This document shows, piece by piece, positions 29,478 to 41,400 of a DNA stretch of 64,000 bases. The stretch is from NCBI GenBank assembly GCA_945862075.1, contig CAMAWV010000002.1, positions 6,872 through 70,871 of the forward strand, read 5' to 3'. The stretch is from Rickettsia typhi. GTDB lineage: Bacteria; Pseudomonadota; Alphaproteobacteria; Rickettsiales; UBA1997. A model generated the notes under the pieces. That model was not told the DNA's origin. It made no database searches and saw nothing but the letters and a program-made list of their open reading frames with translations. The translations under genes were made by a program, and so were the position numbers. Every line of letters starts with the position of its first letter. The first letter of the stretch is position 1.

Positions 29478-32400
29478 ATGCTAATTTTAACCAAATATAA
29501 ACAAGCAATTATTAAGGTTCTTTCTAGTTTAACTAATTGTTTGTTTTTTATATGGTTACAAAAAATATTTAGCAGTAAAAGTAAAAAAATACTCCTATAT
29601 TTTATAGCTATTTTTGGCATTATTTCATTACTTTGGCAGTTTCATTTTAAAGCGGTTTTGTCTGATGCTAATCCTCCTTATAAAAACACTGCCCACCCTA
29701 GAAAAGATGCTTTCCCTACTCCTATTCTGCCTAGCTTTGATGCAACCACTGTTTTAGAATCTCCCTTGACCTCTGAAACAATAAATGTTGACAGGCTAGG
29801 TTATGCATTAACCAAGCTTTATTATCAAAATGGTGTCGATTACTTTCGTTGTGCAACAAACGATCTAACAAAAAACGATCTGCAATATTATTGTGATTCT
29901 TCTATAAACAAAGATGATTCTTTAAAAATCAAAGATAGTCAATGTGGCATTACTCCTATTTTTTGCACAGAAGAACAGGTTTTTAATTTTCAAGCTATAA
30001 AACGAGAGAGTTTTTATAAAAGATCACCAGGTGAAAAAATTATACGTTTAGTTAAAGAATATAAATCAGGTGATACTATTTTAACCGACTATCGTATTAG
30101 TTATTTACCGCCTTATGATCAATTTAATTTAGTGCCCACTGATAGTACTGGAGTGCTAAATGTATCTAGTGTTGGAAATCCTGCTATCAAAATTGACTCA
30201 GGATCAACATCTAGCCCATATACTAATTACAATGGTAAAGCAAGCAATTTACCTGCTTGCAAAGCTGGAGCTAGTTTGCAAGATATAGGCAATACTTGTA
30301 TGTTAAAAATTAAGATAGATGATATCAATAGAATAAAAATTAATGCAAAAGACTTTGATTTTGCAAAAACTGATGATTACTGTCATACCAAAACTAAAGA
30401 AGCTCCAGTTTTGGGTGAAAATTGTAGACTTCCTTCTTGTTTATCTATTTCAAAAGAATATTATCGCAGACCAGGTATCAATTGCTTGGCAGATTGCAAT
30501 GATGGTGCAGAGTTTAATGGTATTGATAATGCAAATTTGCGATTACCAGGTATAAATTGCTTGCCTGCTTGTGAAACTGGCTCAAAAAGTGTTTCTTATA
30601 CTAGTGATTATCAAAGTTTAGATCCATTTCTACCTAAAGATATTGGAGTTACTTGTTTTTTAAAGCATCAAGGTTATGTAATGCCAGTTTGCAACAGTAC
30701 ACCATTGGTAAATTCTCCCAATTCTAATTCTCAAAATATATCCGATGTAAAAAATACTATTATCGCTGCTAGTCCGAATGTTCCTAGAAAAGATTGTCTG
30801 AATGCCGCTGATTTACCTTTATGTGCTTTTTTCTCTTATGCTGATAGAGCAGGAGTGGCAAGTAAATTTGGTTGTTTGGGCATGGTAATGCAAAACACTG
30901 CTGGTGGTGCACCGTCATTTATTGATAATCAATATGTTTTAGGAGTTGACACAATCAATTTATCACTTCTACCTCAATACGATGAAGATCCTGGAGTTAC
31001 AGCAACACTTAAAAACATACCAATTATTGATTATACGCCAAGAAATTGTAATGATGCAACATTTACAATTGGATGTGGTAAGCCTTATACTTATTCTAAA
31101 TTAGCCCAAGCAGCTAGTAGTATTGCCTCTGGACTTTATCCTGCTAATGTTGATATGATACCGGTGCAAGATGCTAGTTATAATGATGCCTTAAATCACG
31201 ATAGCGTTAATGAAAATCATGCTAATTCTTTAAGAACGAATCCTTTTTATAACACTACAAGAACTAGTACAGCTTTTTCTGTGGGTAAAGATTCTTCTGG
31301 AGTTACAGTTAAATATAAAATTACAGAAACTCTCGATCCTTATTATAATGCAACTAATAAACCAAGTTGTTCGTTACTTACCAAGCAAGAACTTAAATTT
31401 ATTGGTACTAGAAATTGTGATTTAAACCAAATTTGGAGCGATTCTACAGGTGGAAAAAATAGTATACCCGATTTATCGTCTAGTTCTAGTAAAAATTTTT
31501 GTGAAGGTCAATATTTTTGTAAAGTTGATACTCGTTGTTCGATGTTTAGTGATGAGCAATTGCAAGAAGCGAAAGCATTTTTTCATTGTTTACCTGCTCA
31601 ATATAGTAAATATGAAGAGAGTAAAGTTGATATTAAATGTAATGTTTTAAATGATTTTGAAATTTTGGCTCTTACTAAAACTACTAAAACCACATCTGCA
31701 GTAGAACTTGATGAATTAAAAAATTATATTACTAATGCTTGTTTTAGAGGCAACTTGGCTTTTTTGATTCACAAGCGAATAGATCATAACATTGCAAATT
31801 CGACTATTCTTGCGAATACTGATAATGTTCCAGATTATAGCAAGATCAATAGTTCGATCTTTGATCCTAGTGTTGTTGTTGGCACCCTTCCTTCTCTTGC
31901 TTCGCAATGTAAGTATGTTGATAATGCTAGAGTAAATTATATGTTTCCTACTGGTAATCCTAGTGCGTGTGGTGCTAGCGTTACAGCGATAAGCTCTACA
32001 TCAGGCAGTTGTTTATCTGGTAAATTTGCTTGTTATCATTCTAGTCAATTTTCTTGTAATCTAGAGCATTATAAGACAGCTTGTTATTTATTGGCAAACT
32101 ATAAATTTCAAAATATTGATAGCTTTCTTAATGGCCAAACAACATCAATAAGCGATGATAAAATAGCACCTATATCGATTGGTTGCTCTGGAAGTGCTCC
32201 TGATAATAAAAAATGTGTAGTTAAATATGGATTAGATAATTTAGGTATGCTTAATTGTTTTAGCGATTATGCTAATTTTACTAATACAAGTACTGATGGC
32301 AAATTTGATGCTGATCGATTTGCCACAATTAGTAAATGCGATGCAAATCCTCTTTTATTAACTCTTTTTGTGCCAAATGCCAAAAAAACAATTGTTTATG

Positions 32401-35400
32401 CCGATACTACACCTTTAAGCCAAAGGCTTATAAACGATAATAAAGTTGATTGTCCTGATTGTTATTGTGTTTCAATTGATGGTTCTGCACTATCAAAAAC
32501 TAAATATCTAATTAGCGGAGGTTCCGATATTGATTTTTCTTTATCTCCTGATGCACGTTCTGATTCGATAGTTCCTATCTGCGGAGCTCCTAATTCTAAT
32601 TGTTATATATGTTATAAACCAAATTTTTATGCTGGTTTATTTAAAAAATCAACTCCCTCCTCTCCTTATTATCCTGTTATCGAACATGAAATAACCCGGT
32701 TAATTGGCGTAATGCAAGAAGGTGCTTCACAAGAAACGACAAGTAATATGGGTTATTATCAATACGAAGATCCTTTTTATAGCTGGTTCTTTTTTCCAAA
32801 GCCAAATACATCAGGCTCAGATGCGATACAAACGGTAAGAGATTGTGGAGATAGTAAAAAATGTTATAAGGCTTTTACTGTTGATTTTCCGAATAGTCGT
32901 GGTAGTACAGATGTTAATAGTCCTGGCTTTCTAAATTATTCAACTAATAAAGCTGAATATCTAGATTTTTTTCAATATCCGCCAATTTATTATTATGGTA
33001 ATGGTAGTTATGGTGATGATGGTGAAAAAGAAAAATATAATCTAGTCTCAAGTGAAGAGGGATTAAATTATGGTGTGCCCAATAGAGTTGGTTTGCACTC
33101 TATTAACAAAATTTCTTCTCCTAGTGCCACAGCTTTAAGAGGTGCTGATACGATGGGGGTCAATCCTTATGGCAATTATACATATACCTCTTCATTTGAT
33201 AGAGAATGGTTATGCGGAATGAATCGTGATCCGGGCGGATTGCCAGATGAAGATACTTTTGCTTATTTTGCTCCTGTTTTAGTGCAAGGGGGCAGATTCG
33301 GTTTACAAACAAACAATGTGCAGGGCGATCGGAGAAGATTTGCTTTTTCTGATACAAAATGGAATAGTGTCACAAAAAAACTTGAGTATTATGTTAATAT
33401 TTGTTTGCGATACGAATCGGCAATGGCGGTTGGGGCTTGTGGTAGAAGAGAGTGTCGAATAGATAATAAACCAGGTATGATGCATTGCGGTGAAGATCAA
33501 TGTCGTAAATTTATCGTTGAAGCCCCAGATGATGGGGTTTATAGCAAGTGTCATTTGTTAGCGAAGACGGCTATGGCAGATATTGATGGCAAACCACAAT
33601 CGCATTGGTTTGTTAATAACTTGCAAGAATCATTATCTTCTGAAAGCGATCCTCTTCGGATCGATAAATTTCTTGATGACGATGGATTGCCTACTGACTA
33701 TGAAAAATGCGCAAAGCTTTATAGTGCCCCCACTTTAGAACTTGGTAAAAGACTTGGTAAAGGTGCGGGTGCGGCATTCCTTACTGCTGCTACTTTTGGT
33801 CTTGGAGTTGGAGTTAGTGCTTTTGTAGCGACAGTTTGGGATTATACTAATCATCGAGTGAGAGCTTTTTATGACAAAGGTGGTTATGTATGTGCCGAGC
33901 TTGATTTTTATGGTATGGATTTGAATGCATATAATGCAAATAAAAATGACTTGAAGGATTATTCGTTTTTTGAATTGCCAGATGGAGAAGGAAAAATTTG
34001 TTATGGAGGTAGAGTTGTTAATAATAACAAAGAATGTGATTTTGTAAATGGTGGTTTTAATACTTTTGCCGATCTTAATTCAGGTATTGGTGGCTTGCCC
34101 GGTGCTCCAGATCCTACGGTTTGGAGAGCGGTGAGAAAGGTTAAATTTATCAGTAATATTTCTAATGATCCAAATATTGAATTTTTAGGTTATAGTGTTC
34201 CAGAGGTTGCCGATCAGTCTACTCAATATGCTTACAGAACAGATACAAATGTGCATAATCTTTTTCCTGCCAAAATGAAGGCACAAGATGGTCTAATTAC
34301 TATGGTATACAATCATGCTACTAGAATGAGAACAATAGAAAGAATCGATTCTTCGTTATCTGAAACTGCTATTTTTAGATCACATCAAAATGACCGAGAT
34401 ACAGCAGCAGAACAATCGCCTGATTTAACATATGGTTTGTTGCAAATGTCAAGAGGTAAAAAAAATCCTTATTACGGATTTAACGGCTATAGTGATGATA
34501 ACGATCCCACTTGGAAGTGGCTTAGCACTTCGTTTCCAGATGATTATTCTTTATGTAGTATCTTTGGATTTATTCCAGTACCTATCAATGGTTTATGTGC
34601 TAGTATTTCTATACCATATGTGTCAACAGTTGCACAAGATATTACAAAACAAAGAGAGGACGGAACTGGAGATGGATCTCGTGTAGCAACCTCGACATTG
34701 TATAAAACAGCATTTCAGCCAAATAACTTTTTAAAAGAAAAAGTATGGTTCAAATCAGATTGTGTGCCAGTGCAGAAAAGAGTAGGTTTTCCATTGCTTT
34801 CTGCTGTTGCTACTCCAGATAATGCACCTAATTTATTTGCGCCAGAACCTATGGTTTTCGCTTTAAAAACAACATCCGTTACTAATTCATGGAAAAAAAT
34901 CACTGAAATTAACGATATGGATAAATTAAATTTTTCTGATCCAGAAATTGTTTTAAAATATGGCAACAAATATTACTATATACAAGTTCCTAAAAAACAT
35001 GCTTCTTTAACAAAGTGTAATACCACTAATAATAAAATATTTGATAACACTGGCGATGCAAGATTAAAATTTATTTTAAAAGAAATACCTAGCGTCGCTA
35101 ATGATAATGATCTTTTAGACAAATTAAATAATAATCAAGTTAATTCATCAAAGAATGAGGTATCAACAACATCAACAACAAAATTTGAAGACGATATACC
35201 GTCTTTTAAAGAGCATCATAACCCTAATTTTCAAGACAGTACAGATTCCGATTCCATACCTAATAAATGCGGGAATAGTAGTAGACCGTATGGAGTTGTT
35301 ATTGCTTCGAATCTTAAGCAAATAACTAGCGCCGTTCCTGCTGTTTCTAATAATACTATGTTATATGCTCAAATTGTGGCTAAAAAAGAACATCAAGGCA

Positions 35401-38400
35401 ATCAACCAGTTTTATGTGTGTATAGAGCTCTTATGAATGGTGATAATCCTGCCGCAGCAGAAGATAGTGATTTAAAAATTATTGCTTGTTTTCCAAGACA
35501 ACAGCCATTGGTTAATAATATGAGACTTGTTAAAACTCCACTTTCTGATGTTAATAATGATTTTTTAAATCATGAAGTGAGTTTTGAATATAAATATTCT
35601 GATGTTTCTACTGCTTATGATCGTATTGCCAATATGTTTAAAATTATTACCCCATCTGTTCCTGGCAATCTTAATAATGCGAATAAATATCAATTAAAAG
35701 ACAAATTATATGATTTATTTATTGCTAAAAATACAGGTTTTATAGAAGATGGTATTTATTTTGAAGGTATAAAAATATCTTCTGTAAGGCATTACTGCAC
35801 AGCTCTTAATCTAGATTGCATTGATAATGAACGAGAAATTCAAAAAATTTGCAACAATGAAGATCTTATATGTAACCGATCAATGGTGAAAACAAATGAA
35901 GATCTTGAAAAATTAAACCGAGATCTTAATCATGAGAATTATGATGCTTTTAATAAAAATGTAGCCAAATATTCCATTAGAGAATCTTTAATTGTAAAGT
36001 TACGAGTCAGAAACTTTTGTACAACAGATTTACTGAATTCTTGTAATCTGATTAATGGTTATACTTCTGACGATATTAAAAAATTTCCAGCAATTCAAAC
36101 CCTAAATCCACAATGGAATAATAGAACTACAACACTACCGAGTGATATTTCTGATTCTGCAAAAAATACTTTGGGTTTTAAAAATATGGTGTGTTTAAAA
36201 AAAGGTGTGGAAAATTTAATTAATCAATCGCCACAATTTGTTGTGCAAACAAAAAATGGGCTTCCTGATAATGTAAAAGGCAAAAAAGCAACTTCAGATA
36301 ATTATCAAATTTGTCCAGAGTCGCTTCCTAGTATTTCTTATCGTTTTGCAGAAATATATGAATATAAACAAGGTAATGTTTTAAATAATATTATAACTGG
36401 TGGCAATGATTTATGTGTTGGAATTGGAGGAGGAACAATTAATGTTCCTAAGTTGGTTGATTTTTGTGAGGCAGAATTATATCCTTTAAAAAATTTAAAG
36501 TATGTAAATTTTAAAGAAAATTTTCTAAGAAAAGAAGATTTAATTACTCAAGGCAATGTTATATATAAAAGCCTGATAGCCAAAAACTACACTCCTCCTG
36601 CTTCTAGTTATTTTTATTCTGATGAAAATGATTTAGGAGAGTTTGGAGTTGATAAATCTCACAATAATAGAAATAATGGCAAAATTATTAATAGTAATAC
36701 AAGAACCGCTCATGCTGAAGTAGATGTTTCTTTCGCGGGAGATGATGGGATGTATGGAATTTGCAATGGTTTTTGGAAAAATAAAGATATAATTGATGCA
36801 CCAAGATATCGCTGTGATTCTGCTACTACTTTGGTGTTGTCGCGTTCTCCTAGTTCTGATACTTGCACACGTTATTCTTGCCCTGCTATCCAATATGGAA
36901 ACCCAATTTCTAGTTCACTATCTGATGGCTATAATAATCAAGCAAATAAAAATGGTTTATATACTTTTTATAGCGGTAATTATGTTATCGGTTTGGATGT
37001 TATGAAAAAAAGAGGCTGGGCTTCTTGGAAATCTTTTACAAAAACAAATGATTTTATAGAAGATGTTGAAGGTAATGTTGGTAATAAAAGTGCTTGTGTA
37101 GTTGGTTTTGCAAAAGATCGCTCTAGTTTAGATGTTGGTTTGTTCGATTCTAATTCTTGTGCCGTAGCTCAAGATAGTAATCCTGGTACTGCAAAGATGC
37201 TTACAGCTATTTGTCCAAACTCATCTGTCGGAGATGGCAATGTTTATAACAATGTGGGCGATTTACCTTCTACTCAATGTAATCAATTTGGTTATTGGCG
37301 ATTTGATTGGACGAGTGAAGAATTTCTAACAAGATATGACGGAGGTATTTTTTCTATGAGTAGTGGCAAAACAGTACTCGACAGTTGCCAAAGAATTGAG
37401 TGTTCTGTTACTGATTTAGAAAGTAAATTTTTCGACACTACACCAAACCCCAAAACACCAATTCGTTTAATTAAACAGAGATGTCGCGATAGTTTGCCTG
37501 GCTCACCAGTGGTAATTATTGCCGAGCTAAATACCCAAATTCCAAGTTTCGTTGTTAATAAGTATTATTATTTAAAAACCAATAATTTAACAAATTGTAA
37601 CAATGCTACCCAAGTACATATAATTAAAAAAGGTACATCATATGATGCAACTGATGGCAAAACTTATGATCAGATCGATATTGCTTCAATTCCGTCAAAT
37701 GCAAGAGATTTTAATACCTCTAGCACTAATCCAGTTACTGCTTGGTATTTTAAAGTAATACAACCATCTTTAGATTTTGCAATTGACACTTTGCGCTTTG
37801 AGGTAACCACAAAGAACAACAAAAATACAGTAGAACACGAAAAACTTTTAAAAGTATGGAGTAAAATAGCTGGTTTTCAACCGCAGAGCGATAGCAGAAC
37901 TTCAATTCCTGCAATGCGAAACAAAACAATAGAACATGATAAAATTGGTGGCGAAAAAATCTCTAAAATCTCTGCAAATTTAGATGATGATGATTATGAT
38001 ACCGAAGGCAAATGTTTAATTTCTTTAGGATACAGAATAATTGCTACAGGCTTTAATCCAAAATTGTTGTGTAACTATCAAGGTATATTAAAAATTAAAG
38101 TGCCTTGTATTTCTACTTGTGATGCTGTTGATAATTCTATGGCTGATACTGAAATACATGGTTATTCGCTATGGGCTGAAACCGAAAATAAAATTAAAGT
38201 TTGTGGTGATAGATGTAGCCCCGTTACTACTAAAATTCCTTTTTCTTATATTGGCAAATCAACCCCTCAATGTTTGACTGGCAAAAAGCCATACCCATAT
38301 CCGCCTTTCCGTAGCCTAGAAGGTGTTAAATTTGAATTTATGAATAATCCTATTGTATCAGTGCAGGCTAGATACCATTCTTCTTCTACTAAAAGCAAAG

Positions 38401-41400
38401 ATATTTATGATGCAACTGCCTGCTCTTCTGCCTTGAATGGATGCATAGTTGAATTTGATAAAACAAATATTACAGAAAATGTATTTTTAAAAGAATCTAA
38501 TACAGAGGTTGCTTTATATAAAAAAGATTCTCTTGGTGGTAAAGAAAAATTTGCTTCTTATGATATCTTGCCAAATGTTAAATATAAAATAAATCAAGAA
38601 TCATCAGATTACTTTGTGACTTTGGTGCAATCAATAAAATTGACAGATGATAATCGTTGGCAAGAATATAATATAAATAAAAGAAAAATTTTTAAAGTAG
38701 CAGATTGTTCGATAAGTGCAAATAGTATTAATTGTCAATGCGGAAGCGGTTCCCATCCAGCTTGCCCTTTTGATAATGTTTTTGATAAAATTTCTGAAGG
38801 TGAGGTGGTAGAAATTAATTTAGCTTCTAGTAGCTCTCCTGTAAGTCTAAAATTTCAACAAAATACAAGTTATACAAATAATATCGATATTGAGACGATA
38901 TCCACCGCTAGCAGTCATTTTGTGCTACAATTAAAAAAAGATCTTTCTGGTAATTTGCAATGGAAACAACTTGTTGGCTCTTATCTTGGTTTAGAGAGGC
39001 TAGCAAATACTACTTCTGTTTCTATGGCAACTTGTACTCAACTAATTGATTCTGCTGTTGGCTTGGCTTCAAGTGATTACAATTGTAATTTAAACCTTAA
39101 TACATTAGCTGATCCTCCTGTTGTTTTAAGAAATAATCAAGAAATCAAAATTAATTTTCCATCTACAGTCCTTACTGGTGGTAATCCTTCTGATAACTAT
39201 ATTATTAATTATAATTCAAAACCAGTTAAAAAATATAACAGTCAAGGTAATTTGATTACCAATTTTAATCATCAAGAGCTATTTGGTGACTATATTTTAA
39301 GAGCGGTTGATGAGCCAAGTAATGGTGTTGGCATTGATTATTATTTATTAATCAATGCCACTGATTTTGCTTCAGCTCCTGCAAATAATAATTATCCACT
39401 TCCAAATCGAACTTGTCGCTATGGTATTGGCAATGTATGGAGTTTGCCAGATTCTGCTTGTCAAAATACTTGCCCTGGTTTAACACAAACTGTGCCTAGT
39501 AGTGGAGATGTTGAGGCAATTATTACTAATAATAACTTTGATTCTAGAATTGGCTCGGCAATAACCGAGCACACAATTAGTACAAGCGGTTTGAGTGGGT
39601 TGAGTTTAGGATATTTAAGTGTTCATAATAGTGGTGTTGCAATTCAAAATAGAGACAAAATCGCAGTAAAAGTTGTTGATATAACAGCTAACCAAGCTAC
39701 TTTGCATGTTATTTGGCCAGCATTATCTCATCAGCATGATGTTACTTTAATTCTTCAAAAAGATAGTAATACTTACAAAATTATACAAACTAATCCAATA
39801 GGAACTGGACCATTAGAGCCATCTCTCTCTGCTCTGCACTATGAAAGAGATGGTGTTAAAGATTCTATTATTTTATATCGTAGGTGTGGTGCAGATGGCA
39901 AATGGCAAGATCCAATTTCGCTTTGTCCAATTGCAGGCCCAGCAAAAGGTGGGCATAGTTCTCTTAACTCAATTTTAGGTTTTGTTAGTGCCAGCAATAT
40001 TGAGCCAGGTAATGAGTATACCCCAACAATTGCAAGTATTAGAAGCAACACTAGTTTTGATTTTAATCCTGGTTTTGACACCGGTGTATTAAAACAAAAG
40101 GCATTACAAAATATGGATAGTATTAGTGCGGTTTTTTATAGATTATTCAAAGTTGCTTCTGGCGATAATATTGCTCAAATTCCAGTAATACCAGATTATC
40201 GTATTATTGGCAATTCTCTAAATCAATTTGGTGTTTCAAATAATGGGAATGGGGTACCTTTAGGCATGAATCCACATAATATTTATGCTTATGCAATGTG
40301 TAATTATAATTATAGTAATAATAGCTCAAATCCAGATTATTACAATTTTTATAATCAAGATTTTGGCAGCGCGCTTAACAATGGTTGGGGAACAAATGCA
40401 AAATATCAATGCCAGTCTGCTACAGATAACCATTTAAATACCTATAAAATTGCTACTTCTTCTGGCACTTCTGCTTGTACACAAAAATGCAATGCTGGCA
40501 TTATTCATAGAGTTGGTAGAGATACGAATTTACAACTAGGTGGCAATATTGATGAAAATTTTACAGGAGCTGCTACAGGAGCTGGGTCTACAACTACTAA
40601 TTACTCTAAGATTGAGGTTTCAAAGACTTATTTTGCTGATAATTCTTATTCAAAATATAACCTTATAAACACTGGCGATCATTATAATTTTTATTCAGGC
40701 AATAGTGGGATTGGAGGAGATCCAGACAAAATTAGATTATTTGAAATATTTGGTTCCATCACTCCTAGAAATTGTAAAGATATGTCAAATAGTGAATCTG
40801 GTAGATGTAATTTATTTGAAAAAACCTCACAATCTTCAACTGATGGTCTTGTTGATGTTGTTTTGGAATCTCAATGCAATAATGAATCTGGAATTACAAT
40901 TAATCCTAGCATTTCTATCAATAAGGATGATGGTTTGGGCACTTATGGTTATATCGGGGAACATCCAGTTAAAGTCTCTAAATATTGTTGGGGTTTAAAA
41001 AAAACACAAAGTGCAGATATTTTATTGCCTTATGCATCATGTAGATCTAATGGTCAATTTTCTTTAGCAAATCCTTTTCAAGGCAAAAAACAAGATGAAT
41101 CTACAAGATTTAAATTTTGGAAAGATGTTCATGGAGGGGAAAGTATATCGGAATATATAATTAACAATGGTATTGTTCGTGAAATATTGTTGCAATATGG
41201 TGATATAGCAATGCGAAGAGGTGATACGTGTGGTTTGGATAGGTGGAGAAGAAGATGTAACAGTTCGGTTGTTTTGTTAAAAAATGGTGCAGTGAATTAT
41301 GATAGTGAGAGAAGGTTGCCAGAATTTGAATATAGCAAAATAGTAGATGAGGACATGTGTGGTTGCTGGGACGGAGTTATAAATTGGTCTATCCACTACA

